Source: Nitrosopumilaceae archaeon | GTDB lineage: Archaea > Thermoproteota > Nitrososphaeria > Nitrososphaerales > Nitrosopumilaceae | Assembly (NCBI GenBank): GCA_965207375.1 | Contig: OZ242274.1 | Coordinates: 448,001-512,000, forward strand | Direction: 5' to 3' | DNA: 64,000 nucleotides | Part shown: positions 50,279-60,862 of the stretch, piece after piece | How the letters are laid out: every line of letters starts with the position of its first letter | Position numbering within the stretch: the first letter of the stretch is position 1 | Made by a program: the position numbers and the translations under genes | The notes under the pieces: model-generated | Databases searched by the model: none | Told to the model about the DNA's origin: nothing | Seen by the model: only the letters and a program-made list of their open reading frames with translations

Positions 50279-51286
50279 GTGACTGAGCCAAAGAAGGTAG
50301 TAGCACTGTTATCAGGAGGATTAGACAGCCAGCTTGCAGTACGGATGATGCAAAAGCAGGGATTTGATGTTTCAGCAGTTGCGATCAAAACACCGTTTTG
50401 TGATTTTGATTGCGGCAGGGGATGCGGTTTTGAAATTAGAGAAAGGGCAGACGACCTTGGTGTAAAGCTCAAGACAGTTTATCTAGGTGATGAGTATATT
50501 GAGATGTTAAAGGATCCAAAATACGGACGTGGTGCAGGATTCAATCCGTGTATAGACTGTAGATCCATGATGTTTGATGCGGCAAAAAAACACATGGAGG
50601 AGATTGGCGCAGAATTTGTAATATCAGGCGAGGTCCTAGGCCAAAGACCGATGAGTCAGCACGGACCTGCACTGCACACAATTGAAAAGGAATCAAATTT
50701 GAAAGGAAAGATAGTAAGACCGTTATCTGGTGCACTGTTGCCTGCATCTGATGCAGAAAAGCAGGGCCTGATAAAAAGAGAAAATCTTGGCATGATAAGG
50801 GGCCGCTCTAGACAAATGCAGTTAGAGATGGCAAAGCAATACGGAATTGAAGATCCTCCAAATGCAGGAGGCGGATGCCTGCTTACTGATCCATCCTTTG
50901 GACTGCGGGCAAAAGATCTTTTCAAACATACTCAGACACCTACCATAAATGACATTGATCTGTTAAAGGTTGGAAGGCAGTTTAGGTTTGATGAATTTTG
51001 CAAAATAGTCATTGGACGGGATCAAAATGAAAACATGATTATCAGATCACTTTGCATGCAGCAGGATATTTTACTAGAGGCCCGCGATCATATGGGACCT
51101 ACATCTATAATCAGAGGAGCAGTTTCAGATGACAAGCTGAAACTTGGAGCAGCTATGACACTGAGATATTCAGATGCACCAAAGGAGACAGAGTCAGTTG
51201 TAACAGTTGAGAGAAATGGAAAAAAATCAGAGATTTCTGTCAGACCGGTAGAAGAGTCGTCATATCTTTCATTGAGAATTTACTAG
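50279..51286 (+). CDS. ThiI/MnmA-like PP-loop tRNA thiouridylase (DUF814-associated type)
   Basis: LLSGGLDS, NPCIDCR, GEVLGQRPMSQ, AGGGCLLTD; start 50279 or 50258. Confidence 0.85.
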   Translation: MTEPKKVVALLSGGLDSQLAVRMMQKQGFDVSAVAIKTPFCDFDCGRGCGFEIRERADDLGVKLKTVYLGDEYIEMLKDPKYGRGAGFNPCIDCRSMMFDAAKKHMEEIGAEFVISGEVLGQRPMSQHGPALHTIEKESNLKGKIVRPLSGALLPASDAEKQGLIKRENLGMIRGRSRQMQLEMAKQYGIEDPPNAGGGCLLTDPSFGLRAKDLFKHTQTPTINDIDLLKVGRQFRFDEFCKIVIGRDQNENMIIRSLCMQQDILLEARDHMGPTSIIRGAVSDDKLKLGAAMTLRYSDAPKETESVVTVERNGKKSEISVRPVEESSYLSLRIY

Positions 51287-51347
51287 TCTGAAATTTACGC
51301 GTGAAATTTACGAAGAGTTTTTGTTATAGTAGATCGCATCTCAAATT

Positions 51348-51626
51348 ATGCAAAAGCAAGAGAATCCCACGTATCTAAAGGCAATTACGATACGAGATTC
51401 AAGTGACATTCATTCCATAAAGGAAGACATCAAAAAAGGAATGATTTTGATATTGCGCGTAACGCCTCTTGCACAAAAGGATGTAGAGCAGCTAAGAAAG
51501 TTGGTGGAGGAGCTGTATTCTGTTGCCAAATCCTCGGATGCAGAAATTGCAAGACTAGGCGAGGAAAGAATCATTGTAACACCGTCTGGTGTGAAAATCT
51601 GGAAGCCAGATTACGAATTAAAATAA
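51348..51626 (+). CDS. sepF: Archaeal SepF-like protein
   Basis: IK.DI..G.ILI.....L......L...V.EL......IARLGEERIIVTP. Confidence 0.75.
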   Translation: MQKQENPTYLKAITIRDSSDIHSIKEDIKKGMILILRVTPLAQKDVEQLRKLVEELYSVAKSSDAEIARLGEERIIVTPSGVKIWKPDYELK

Positions 51627-53555
51627 TTTTATGGCCTCTTGAATTTGTGGATAGTGTGCAGGAACTCTGTACATTCTGCGCATGTTCATTGCAAGGTTTT
51701 CGGATTTTCTTCGCTCACCGTGATTGATCAAGATGCGTCGCAGTTTTGGCCGCAGTCTTTGTACAAATGACATTAGCTGGTTATAGTCACTGTGACCGCT
51801 AAAGCCATCTAATTTTTCCACGCCGCAATTTATGGTTACAACCTCAATCTTTCCCTCCTTGCCCAACATAGAGACCTGACGAGCACCATCTAAGACTCGC
51901 CTGCCAAGAGTTCCATTGACCTGATAGGAGACAAAGAGTACCTTGTTTTTGTCGTCAGGTGCAATATTTTTAAAGTATTCCAAAACAGGGCCTCCCTCTA
52001 GCATTCCAGATGTTGCCAAAACTATACAGGGTGAATCCTCACGTAATGGTTCCTCTCTGGCATCTGCATGTTCTATATTTGTAAAGTATTCAGAATCAAA
52101 TGGATTGTCATCAGTTTCCAAGATTTTCTTGCGCAGCTCCCTTTCGAGATATTCCGGATATGCCTCATGAATTGCAGATGCCTCAGATATCATGCCTTCG
52201 GTAAATACGGGGGCCTCTACCATTTCACCAGATTTCATGTAATGATCAATTACCATCATGATCTCTTGAGCTCGGCCTACTGCAGGAATCGGGATAAGAA
52301 CCTTGCCGCCGTCAGCAAGGGTGTTATTTACTGCATTAATGAATGCAGATTCTACCTCCTGACGGGTGGGTTGAATGTCCTCTTTGGCACCATATGTACT
52401 CTCAATTAACAGCGTTTCGGCCCGTGGGAAATTCCAGCTTGCTGCCTCAAAGAGGATGCTTTTGCCGAATTTGATATCTCCAGAATAGACAAAATTATGA
52501 TCACCGTTTCCAATATGAAAATGGCACAGGGCAGAGCCTAAAATGTGCCCGGCATTGGCCAAAACAAGTTTGATGTCAGGAGATATGTCAGTTACGGTTC
52601 CATACGGTAGCGTAATTGCCTGTCGCATGATTGATTTGACGTCTCTTTCAGAGTATAGGGGTGTTCTTCCCTGGGCTACAGCTACCTTGATTGCGTCTAG
52701 CTGAATAAGATTCATCATGGGAAGTGTTGGTTCTGTGCAGTAGATTGGTCCCTTGTATCCATACTTGCACAGGGTTGGTAAAAATCCGGTATGATCCAAA
52801 TGAGCATGTCCTATTACAACTGCATCAATATCATCTAGTGTAACATTTACAGAGTCTAGTCTCGGATAAGCATCCATTGGATGTCTTGCTCCAGGATTAA
52901 CACCGCAGTCAATTAGGATTTTGCTTTCAGGAGTAGACAGCAGCATGCTTGATCTGCCTACCTGGCCGAATCCGCCAAGTGTAAACAGGGAAACCTCTGA
53001 CCGGTGTGCCAGACATGGTCTAAATATTTCATCTCCAATCTGCCGTAGTTGCTTGCTGCGCTCTGCAGATGAAATTTTAAGATTATAGTTTATGGTTTGA
53101 ATGGTACTAGAGGGAACCGTTGTGGCCTTTCGAATTCTCAGCCTCCAGCCGATTTTTTCGGTAACATCAACGTGATTGAACTCTTTGGCGTTTCTTTGTA
53201 ACAGCCAAGGCCGTTTGGCTTCAATTGAGACCTCGCCTGTGGCAGTATCAAAGAATGTCCCTTCTAGTTTGGCCTCAGCAGGTACTTCGGAGTCTAGGAT
53301 TTTGCGTGCGTCCTGCTCTGGTTTGCGGATGGATTCGTCGGTTCGGACGACAATTCTTTTCTTGATTACATTTACCAAGGTTGAAATGATGTTGTTGTGT
53401 TCCATCAAAAATCTGGGGGCGTTTGTGTACAGTGCGATTCTTGGTCCCTCATATTCAATTTTAGTGACCTTGGCCTCTTTAGGAATACTTTGCAGTATGG
53501 TTGCCATTACATTTTGGACTGTAGGTATTTCTTTAGATGGTTGTTTTTTTTGCAT
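51618..53555 (-). CDS. fttA: Beta-CASP ribonuclease aCPSF1 / transcription termination factor
   Basis: N-terminal KH domains, LGGFGQVGRS, HAHLDH, AGHILGS, FSGHSD. Confidence 0.95.
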   Translation of the reverse strand: MQKKQPSKEIPTVQNVMATILQSIPKEAKVTKIEYEGPRIALYTNAPRFLMEHNNIISTLVNVIKKRIVVRTDESIRKPEQDARKILDSEVPAEAKLEGTFFDTATGEVSIEAKRPWLLQRNAKEFNHVDVTEKIGWRLRIRKATTVPSSTIQTINYNLKISSAERSKQLRQIGDEIFRPCLAHRSEVSLFTLGGFGQVGRSSMLLSTPESKILIDCGVNPGARHPMDAYPRLDSVNVTLDDIDAVVIGHAHLDHTGFLPTLCKYGYKGPIYCTEPTLPMMNLIQLDAIKVAVAQGRTPLYSERDVKSIMRQAITLPYGTVTDISPDIKLVLANAGHILGSALCHFHIGNGDHNFVYSGDIKFGKSILFEAASWNFPRAETLLIESTYGAKEDIQPTRQEVESAFINAVNNTLADGGKVLIPIPAVGRAQEIMMVIDHYMKSGEMVEAPVFTEGMISEASAIHEAYPEYLERELRKKILETDDNPFDSEYFTNIEHADAREEPLREDSPCIVLATSGMLEGGPVLEYFKNIAPDDKNKVLFVSYQVNGTLGRRVLDGARQVSMLGKEGKIEVVTINCGVEKLDGFSGHSDYNQLMSFVQRLRPKLRRILINHGERRKSENLAMNMRRMYRVPAHYPQIQEAIKLF

Positions 53556-53562
53556 TAAATCA

Positions 53563-54195
53563 CTATAGTTTTATGATTGCTTTTTTCTGTTCATCTGTTA
53601 AAAGACGGAATCCATTTTTGTCAATTATTGCGACGTTAATTCCATCGCCTGTGCCAATGTTTCTTACTATGGCTGCTTTGACTGCACGTAGTGCAATATT
53701 TTTGGCCTCAGCAACTGTCAGATCTTTTTTGTATTCTTCTTCTAAAAGACCATATGCCACAGGGGATCCGCTACCAGTTGTCACGTATGATTTTTCTTCA
53801 ACAGAGCCAAACATGTCAATATTGTACAAGGCAGGACCGCCAAGATCATAGCCTCCAACTAAGATATCTGCAATAAAGGGATATCCCCTGTTTTGATGAA
53901 ATATCAAGGAGGTAAGTCTAGTTAATGATCTAATTGGAATGGGTTCCTGTCTTTGAACGCGATGCAGGTTTGCGTGATACCGTAGTATGTCGGTAATGTT
54001 TTGGGCGTCTGCAACGCCGCCTGCAAGGGTCAGACCCGCATGTAGATCTAGTTTTTGGATTTTCATGGTATTGTTGTTTGCAATAAAATAGCCTGCGCTA
54101 GCCCTCATGTCGGCACACAAGACAACACCGTCAGTTGCCTTGATACCTACCGTAGTGGTCCCGTGAAGTATTTTCTCTTGTACGTTATTTGACAA
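53563..54195 (-). CDS. psmB: Proteasome beta subunit
   Basis: Propeptide HG|TTTVG, ADMRAS, GSGS, TGDG. Confidence 0.95.
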   Translation of the reverse strand: MSNNVQEKILHGTTTVGIKATDGVVLCADMRASAGYFIANNNTMKIQKLDLHAGLTLAGGVADAQNITDILRYHANLHRVQRQEPIPIRSLTRLTSLIFHQNRGYPFIADILVGGYDLGGPALYNIDMFGSVEEKSYVTTGSGSPVAYGLLEEEYKKDLTVAEAKNIALRAVKAAIVRNIGTGDGINVAIIDKNGFRLLTDEQKKAIIKL

Positions 54196-54291
54196 AAATT
54201 ACACCTATAAAGATAATTCAGGTGTAAAAGACCCTTTTAAATAACTTGTGTCTGGGAATCGATAAATAGTGACAAAAAAAATTATGAACGC

Positions 54292-55335
54292 ATGAAATCG
54301 CATACAATGGAGCTTCCACGTCTGATTGTAATAGGAGACAAGTCGTTGATTGATTTTGGCACATTTTTAAAAAAATTAGACAATTCAAAACGCATCTCAC
54401 TTGTGACAGGAGGACATGTCAAAAAAATTGTCCAAAAAAAGATAGAGTCATCACTGCAAAGGTCAAAGATAAAATGCAATTGGCATCTGGCTGGAAAAAA
54501 CGAGGCAGAATCAATTAAGATGGTACAGGGGGCAGTAAAAAAAGACAAAAGTGACACAATAATTGGAATTGGTGGCGGAAGAGCAGTAGATGTTGCAAAA
54601 ATTATTGCATTTAATTTGAAAAAACCATTTGTAAGTGTGCCAACTGCTGCTTCCCATGATGGAATATCTAGTCCATTTGTTTCAGTAAAGGGAGACAAAC
54701 CACACTCCATTGTAGCATCGTCGCCTCACGGTGTGTTTGTAGATATTGATATTATCAAAAAGGCGCCAAGGCATCTGCTGGCAAGCGGTTGCGGAGATTT
54801 GATTGCAAATATTACTGCAGTAAAAGATTGGGAGCTTGGACATAAAAAAACTGGAGAATATTACGGTAGGTATTCTGCAAATCTTGCGTTAATGAGTGCG
54901 GATATGATTTTGGAAAATGCGGACGCATTTACAAGACAGGGAATAGATTCAAGGATTGTAGTTGAGGCGCTAATCAGTGCAGGTGTGGCATCCTGTATTG
55001 CAGGTAGTAGCAGGCCATGTTCTGGATCAGAACATTTGTTTTCGCATGCACTAGACAAAATTGCACCCGGAAAAGGATTGCATGGTGAAAAATGTGGGAT
55101 TGGAGCAATAATGATGGCCAAACTGCACAATCAGGATTGGAAAAAAATTTCTAAAACTTTGAAATGCGTGGGGGCACCAACTGCTGCAAAAGAGATTGGA
55201 TTAAACAAGCAAGAAATTACAGACGCCCTAGTAATGGCACAGCAGCTGAGGCCAGAAAGATACACGATTTTACAGGAGATAAAAATGACGCAAGAAACAG
55301 CTACAAAATTGGCAAGAGAGACGAAAATTATTTAA
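54292..55335 (+). CDS. egsA: sn-glycerol-1-phosphate dehydrogenase
   Basis: GGGRAVDVAK, PTAASHDG, SSRPCSGSEH..SHALD, LHGE. Confidence 0.95.
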   Translation: MKSHTMELPRLIVIGDKSLIDFGTFLKKLDNSKRISLVTGGHVKKIVQKKIESSLQRSKIKCNWHLAGKNEAESIKMVQGAVKKDKSDTIIGIGGGRAVDVAKIIAFNLKKPFVSVPTAASHDGISSPFVSVKGDKPHSIVASSPHGVFVDIDIIKKAPRHLLASGCGDLIANITAVKDWELGHKKTGEYYGRYSANLALMSADMILENADAFTRQGIDSRIVVEALISAGVASCIAGSSRPCSGSEHLFSHALDKIAPGKGLHGEKCGIGAIMMAKLHNQDWKKISKTLKCVGAPTAAKEIGLNKQEITDALVMAQQLRPERYTILQEIKMTQETATKLARETKII

Positions 55336-56120
55336 ATTTGCGTCTCTGTATTTTTTGTTTGATATAAGGACTGCTCTGGTTTAGGCGGTGCGTATTGTGA
55401 CTTTTCTGTATCTTGGATAATCGGCGTATCTTTTTTGTTCTTGTTTTCATGAGTTTCTATGAAACTGATGCTAGATAACGTGGGAATAAATTTGAACAGA
55501 TCCTGCTGGGTAAAGTTTTTAGTTGTTTGTAATCCGTCTGCGTTGAATAGTTGTGTTGGAATAAAGACGTCTAGTTTGTCATCAGTAACTTGGAATTTCA
55601 ATGCCTGGTCATCTATAGGAATATGGTTTTTAAGAATGGCTGAAATTTTGTCGTCATCTGATTTTAGTGCCTTTATAACGGTAACATCATAAAGAATGGT
55701 TTTTCCGGCAAATTTGTGATTAAAATCAATTTGAACTCTTCCTGATCCTATATAACGAATAATCCCTCTTTTGTTGTCTATTTCGACTGAATCACCGATT
55801 GAGACCTTTTCGGCGTCATCGCCTAATTTTCTGAGAGGAATCATTCTGACCTTGCCGGAGTCTCGTTGGCCAAAGCCCTTCTCCGGAGTGACCTCGACGG
55901 TAAGTCTGTCACCTTCACTGGTTTTAGCTAGAGCATCATCTAGTCCTTCAAGAACCCATGATTCTCCTACAGAAACTAGTTTTGATTGGTACTTTATGCT
56001 AGGATCATGAATGGAGTGTTGCATGGCATCTGCCTGAATTGTTGATTCAAACACTTCTTCGGTGTCTTTGATTTTAGCTGTATAATCAATTAGAACAAGT
56101 GAGCCCTTCTCAAAAGTCAT
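55332..56120 (-). CDS. FKBP-type peptidyl-prolyl isomerase (long archaeal SlyD type)
   Basis: IDYT, FEST, GLD.AL, PEKGFG.R, DFNH.FAGK. Confidence 0.92.
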   Translation of the reverse strand: MTFEKGSLVLIDYTAKIKDTEEVFESTIQADAMQHSIHDPSIKYQSKLVSVGESWVLEGLDDALAKTSEGDRLTVEVTPEKGFGQRDSGKVRMIPLRKLGDDAEKVSIGDSVEIDNKRGIIRYIGSGRVQIDFNHKFAGKTILYDVTVIKALKSDDDKISAILKNHIPIDDQALKFQVTDDKLDVFIPTQLFNADGLQTTKNFTQQDLFKFIPTLSSISFIETHENKNKKDTPIIQDTEKSQYAPPKPEQSLYQTKNTETQI

Positions 56121-56156
56121 TGTGATCGGTCTCGAATTTCCTAATATTAAGTTATT

Positions 56157-57302
56157 TTAGAGTGCTTTGAGTTTTTCTTGTGCAGTTTTTAATCCTGCCT
56201 GTGCATCCACATCATATCCCATCATTGACAGAGTAGCCGAAATTGCAGACATTGTTCTCATTACATGATAAGGACCTACCTCTCCCATACAGCCGACACG
56301 GAACACCTTGCCTTTTAGATTTCCAAATCCTCCCGCTACTAAAACCTTGAATTTGTCAGCAAGCGTATTTCGAAACGTTTTGTCTTCAAGGCCGTCTAGA
56401 TAATTTAGCGCAACAATTGAAATTGAACGATCTTCTGGTTTTGCAAATGGAGAAAGGCCCATTGCAGACAGTCCAGAGTATAATGCGTCTGAGCAGACTC
56501 TGTGTCTTTTGAATACATTTTGTAATCCTTCTTCTAATATTATGGATAATGCCTCCCTGTATGCGTACAGTAACGGAAGTGCGGGCGTAAATGGTGTGTG
56601 TTTTTCCTCGTCATAGTATTTGAAGTACCTTGCTAAATTGAAATACATTGTTGCAGGTGGGTTTTGTACCATATGTTTTTTGGCTTTAGCACTGACAGAG
56701 ATTGGTGAAATTCCAGGTGGTGCAGCAATTGCTTTTTGAGCTCCGGTCATGCACACATCTATATTCCACTTGTCCACGCAAAGCTCAGCTCCTCCTAGCA
56801 ACGATACAGAATCTACTACATAAAACGCGTCATTTCTAGACGTCAAATCAGACACACGGTCAAGATAATTTACCATTGTTCCAGTGGAGGTTTCGTTGTG
56901 TACTACATAAAATGCCTTGACGTCTGCATTATTGTCAAATGCCTCCTTTATTTGATCAAAGCTTGCATTCTGTCCCGGAGGAGTCTCGAGTCTAACAATA
57001 TTGGCTCCCTGTCCCTCTATCAGCTGAGCTAGTCTATTACTAAATTCGCCATTTACAGGAATGATTACCTTATCATCCTTTTTGACTATGTTGACAACTC
57101 CTGCCTCTACTGCACCTGTACCTGATGCAGATAGTGCCACAATATCATTTTGTGTTTCAAATACCTGCTGGGTTTTTGCAACAACATCTGTGTACAGTTT
57201 TACAAAATCATCACTTCGGTGATTAATTATTGGGGCAAGCATTGCACGCATTACCCTGTTTGGTACGTTTGTTGGTCCGGGAAGCATTGAGAGATATTCC
57301 AT
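56157..57302 (-). CDS. Class V PLP aminotransferase (serine-pyruvate/alanine-glyoxylate type)
   Basis: PGPT, SGTGA.E, HNETSTG, DSVS, GAQKA..APPG. Confidence 0.92.
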   Translation of the reverse strand: MEYLSMLPGPTNVPNRVMRAMLAPIINHRSDDFVKLYTDVVAKTQQVFETQNDIVALSASGTGAVEAGVVNIVKKDDKVIIPVNGEFSNRLAQLIEGQGANIVRLETPPGQNASFDQIKEAFDNNADVKAFYVVHNETSTGTMVNYLDRVSDLTSRNDAFYVVDSVSLLGGAELCVDKWNIDVCMTGAQKAIAAPPGISPISVSAKAKKHMVQNPPATMYFNLARYFKYYDEEKHTPFTPALPLLYAYREALSIILEEGLQNVFKRHRVCSDALYSGLSAMGLSPFAKPEDRSISIVALNYLDGLEDKTFRNTLADKFKVLVAGGFGNLKGKVFRVGCMGEVGPYHVMRTMSAISATLSMMGYDVDAQAGLKTAQEKLKAL

Positions 57303-57342
57303 CAGTATCTAGCACTGATGTGATCTTTGGGTTTATTTATAA

Positions 57343-57837
57343 TTACAGACCTTTGATGTGATCTTTGGCATCTAGTTTTGCAAGGATATTTTTGGTGCCC
57401 TCAGGCAGGCATTGCTGCCAATCTTGGTCTTTGCTCAATTTTTGGCGGATGCAGGTACCAGATAAGAGATCTCTGTCTTTGAACGGTATTGGAGATACTG
57501 TTATTCCCTGGGTACAATAGATGTGAGCCGTCATTTTGTCATTAGTAAAGACAATATCAAACTTGGGAACTAGAGTTTTGATGTTTTGTGCCCATTTTTT
57601 GTGATCGTTTAGATCTGGAATTTCAAAGATCTTAATTTTTTTCAGTGATTCGTCATCTAGGGAGGACAGGATCATTTGGCGGCGCAGGCTTGCAGAAAAT
57701 GGGTTTTGTTTTTGCATGGCTTTATTAGAGCTGCCTATTCCTATCCACAGGTTATCAACCTTGGATAGTGCAAAATGTACTGCATGTACGTGTCCCAAAT
57801 GAAATGGTTGAAATCTACCAATTAACAGTCCATCCAT
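57343..57837 (-). CDS. Nicotinamide-nucleotide adenylyltransferase (NadM type)
   Basis: GRFQPFHLGH, IGS, NPF, SGT.IR. Confidence 0.9.
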   Translation of the reverse strand: MDGLLIGRFQPFHLGHVHAVHFALSKVDNLWIGIGSSNKAMQKQNPFSASLRRQMILSSLDDESLKKIKIFEIPDLNDHKKWAQNIKTLVPKFDIVFTNDKMTAHIYCTQGITVSPIPFKDRDLLSGTCIRQKLSKDQDWQQCLPEGTKNILAKLDAKDHIKGL

Positions 57838-57886
57838 GATTTAATCATGATTTAGAATTATTAAAAACCATTACAATGAAAAATAT

Positions 57887-58903
57887 ATGGAATTTTCAAG
57901 TATTGATGGTTCTCGTGGAGAAGGAGGTGGGCAGATACTTCGCAGTGCAATTACACTGTCGTGCATAACAAAGACTCCAATTAAGGTTAAAAATATCAGG
58001 CAGAAAAGAAGGTACCCCGGATTGGCAGCAGGGCATCTAGCTGCAGTAAAAATTCTTGCAAAAATTTGCAATGCAAGGGTTTCAGGATTGAAGGTGGGCT
58101 CTACAGAAATTGAATTTGTGCCAAATGATGTGCAAAATTTGTCACTTACACAAGATGTTGGCACTGCGGCAAGTATTTCGCTAATTTTGCAGGTCTTAAT
58201 TTATGCTGTTTCGCTTTCAAAGAAAAAATTAGAGATTACCATACGGGGAGGAACAGATGTGTCATGGAGTCCTACAATAGACTATACAAGATTTGTTTTG
58301 TCTGAAGCACTATCAAAATTTGGGATAAGGTACGGAATAGATGTCAAAAAACGCGGCTATTATCCAAGGGGAGGAGGAATCGCTGATGTGAAGATTTTTC
58401 CCTGCAAGAGGATCAATCCTGTTTCATTTACCAAAAGTGAGGCAGGCAGTGTCAGTTTGTGTTGCACGTATTCGAAAATCAGAGAGCAAAAGGTTCAGCA
58501 AGCATTTTGGACGGTAAAACAGAATTTACAAAAAAATGGTTTTGATGTGGATTCGAAAATTACCCGCGAGGACAGTCTAGATTGCGGGGCATCAATTCTA
58601 GCATACAGAAAAAGTGAAAGGTCAGTACTAGGATCAGATGGTCTGTGGGATGTACAAAAAGAAAAATTCAGAGTGGATTGTTTTGGGAAATTTGCTTGCA
58701 ATAGTTTGGGCGTAGATGAAAATCTTGCAGACATGATAGTGATTCCGGCAAGTCTGAGCAATGAGACCTCAATTTTTCAGGTTCCTAGAATCACTACACA
58801 TCTAGAAACAAATCTGTATGTGACCTCAAAGCTGACCGGTTGTAAATATGGGATTGGTCGACTTGCAGATGGTTATGAGGTACGCATTAAAGGAAATCTA
58901 TAA
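57887..58903 (+). CDS. rtcA: RNA 3'-terminal phosphate cyclase
   Basis: IDGS.GEGGGQILR, R..PGL...H, GGTDV.WSP, RGYYPRGGG, THLETN. Confidence 0.93.
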   Translation: MEFSSIDGSRGEGGGQILRSAITLSCITKTPIKVKNIRQKRRYPGLAAGHLAAVKILAKICNARVSGLKVGSTEIEFVPNDVQNLSLTQDVGTAASISLILQVLIYAVSLSKKKLEITIRGGTDVSWSPTIDYTRFVLSEALSKFGIRYGIDVKKRGYYPRGGGIADVKIFPCKRINPVSFTKSEAGSVSLCCTYSKIREQKVQQAFWTVKQNLQKNGFDVDSKITREDSLDCGASILAYRKSERSVLGSDGLWDVQKEKFRVDCFGKFACNSLGVDENLADMIVIPASLSNETSIFQVPRITTHLETNLYVTSKLTGCKYGIGRLADGYEVRIKGNL

Positions 58904-59392
58904 TCCAGAATCCAAGGCTGCTGCAAAAAACAGTATTGCAACAGAAATGACCACAGTGACCTCGCCTAAAATAATGATTTTTTTGCGCAGTACCTGCAAC
59001 TGTTGTTGCGACATTTGTTTTGACATGATTCGATCTTCTACATCTTTTCTAATTATTCTTACATGTACCAAAAATACTATAATCAGTGAAATGACAAGTA
59101 AGGTCTTTACAATCAGGTACAAGCCGTAATCAGTTGAGAGTAAGAATTCAGAATCAGAGAAAACAAATCTAGAATTGTATATTCCGGTTGCAATTAAAAT
59201 TAAAAGCGACGGCACCGCTATTTTGTTAAATCGTCTGCCGACTTTGATCATTATTTGTATGCGCTGTTCATGGGAGCTGTACATTGTTTTTAGGATGGGA
59301 GCTAAAACTACTCCAAGAAAGATTGAACCACCCACCCAAATTGATGCAGAAATAAGATGAATCCATGTAATTAGGGTTTGATCTAGTGCCAT
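58898..59392 (-). CDS. CopD-like four-TM membrane protein
   Basis: WIHL..ASIWVGG, F...A...L.....TG, YG..L..K; start uncertain (59392 or 59407). Confidence 0.75.
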   Translation of the reverse strand: MALDQTLITWIHLISASIWVGGSIFLGVVLAPILKTMYSSHEQRIQIMIKVGRRFNKIAVPSLLILIATGIYNSRFVFSDSEFLLSTDYGLYLIVKTLLVISLIIVFLVHVRIIRKDVEDRIMSKQMSQQQLQVLRKKIIILGEVTVVISVAILFFAAALDSGL

Positions 59393-59472
59393 TACAGTTG
59401 TTCTCAATTAACAAATATTATGTATTTGGTACTGACAACGTTTTTTAGTTGTAGGGTAAGGTAAGGATTAGT

Positions 59473-59967
59473 TTGCAGCTACAGAGTAAAATGATAGTTT
59501 ACGTTGCAATTGCAGCGATGTTAGCCATGATGGGTGGAATTGTACTGTATGCGGGTCAGGATAATCCAGAATTAGAATTAGCAGAAATAAATTTGGTCGG
59601 AGTGGACGTAGTTTCAATAGACAAAATTTCAGGCAAGCTAAAGATAGAGACTACATTTTTGATTTCAAATCAAGGAGAGAAGACATTTACGGTTCCACTA
59701 ATTAGCTATGACATATTTGCAGACGGAGTGCGTCTTGCATCGGGCCAATATTCTACAGAAGATATTGCAATGCCTGGAAGGGCGGCCTTTTATCCTGATG
59801 CAAAAATTGCGTTAAAGAGTACAACATCTATTGCCAAAGAAGATGTTGATTCGCAATTATACAATGCACTAGTGGATGGAGAATTTAGAAAATATAGCGC
59901 ACAAGGCATCTTGACTGTAGAATCTGCCTGGAGTGTCGTTGAAAAGGAATTTCAGACTAGTATGTAA
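59473..59967 (+). CDS. Membrane-anchored LEA_2-like protein
   Basis: N-terminal TM, F.ISN......SY.IF.DG; similar to 24957-25511. Confidence 0.7.
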   Translation: MQLQSKMIVYVAIAAMLAMMGGIVLYAGQDNPELELAEINLVGVDVVSIDKISGKLKIETTFLISNQGEKTFTVPLISYDIFADGVRLASGQYSTEDIAMPGRAAFYPDAKIALKSTTSIAKEDVDSQLYNALVDGEFRKYSAQGILTVESAWSVVEKEFQTSM

Positions 59968-59973
59968 AAAAAG

Positions 59974-60047
59974 TGGGCCGAGAGAGATTCGAACTCACGA
60001 TCACCGCCGTGTCGAGGCGGTATCCTAACCAGCTAGACTACCGGCCC
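59974..60047 (-). tRNA. tRNA-Val(GAC)
   Basis: GGGCCGG acceptor, anticodon arm CCGCC-tcGACac-GGCGG, GTTCGAA T-loop; CCA not encoded. Confidence 0.95.
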
Positions 60048-60129
60048 AATATCGTTGAGGTCTGTATTACGACGTATTAACGTTTAACAGATCAAAAGAC
60101 GAATAAAACAAGTGCCCAAATGATAACTG

Positions 60130-60828
60130 ATGGATAAGGATTTCACACCTGCACAAAAGGATGGGCTGTATAAGGCAATATTCACAAGAAGAGATGTAAG
60201 ATCTCATTTTATCAAAAAGCCTATAGATGATGAAATTATTGCAAGAATTCTCAATGCGGCTCATCACGCACCATCGGTGGGATTTTCTCAGCCGTGGAAT
60301 TTTATCCTGATAAAAAAGGATGGCACCAAACAAAGGATCAAAGATAGTTTTGATAAAGAGATCAAGCGCTCATCTGCCCTTGTGGACGAACCAAAGAGAA
60401 CAAAATATTTATCATTAAAGTTGGAGGGAATAAAAGAATCGCCGGTAAATCTTTGTGTGACTTATGATCCTACGCGTTTTGGGCCCTTTGTGATTGGCAG
60501 ATCAAGCATTCCAGAAACTGGAATATACAGCGTATGTTGTGCAGTACAAAATCTTTGGTTGGCCGCACGGACTGAGGGGATAGGAGTAGGATGGGTGAGT
60601 ATTTTATCCAATGACACATTAAAAGAAATTCTGGAGCTGCCTGAACATGTGGTTCCTGTGGCGTATCTGTGTCTGGGATATGTTGAGGAATTTGCGGCAA
60701 AACCAGATCTTGAAACTTCAGGATGGCTTCCAAGATTGGATCTAAATGAGGTTGTTAATTTTGAAAAATGGAATCAAAAGGAGGATGTAACAAATAGCAA
60801 GATTAAAGAATTGATCAGTAAGACTTGA
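60130..60828 (+). CDS. bluB: 5,6-dimethylbenzimidazole synthase
   Basis: RRDVR.F, AHHAPSVG.SQPW.F, LKLEGI, CAVQNLWLAAR.EG.GVGWVS. Confidence 0.93.
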   Translation: MDKDFTPAQKDGLYKAIFTRRDVRSHFIKKPIDDEIIARILNAAHHAPSVGFSQPWNFILIKKDGTKQRIKDSFDKEIKRSSALVDEPKRTKYLSLKLEGIKESPVNLCVTYDPTRFGPFVIGRSSIPETGIYSVCCAVQNLWLAARTEGIGVGWVSILSNDTLKEILELPEHVVPVAYLCLGYVEEFAAKPDLETSGWLPRLDLNEVVNFEKWNQKEDVTNSKIKELISKT

Positions 60829-60862
60829 TTACGCTTAAATAATTACATACATGTTTTTTGAT

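Noticed and set aside
60061-60092. cgtttaacagat resembling a MITE-C end
   Set aside because: Match is too short and lies in the tRNA-Val/bluB divergent promoter
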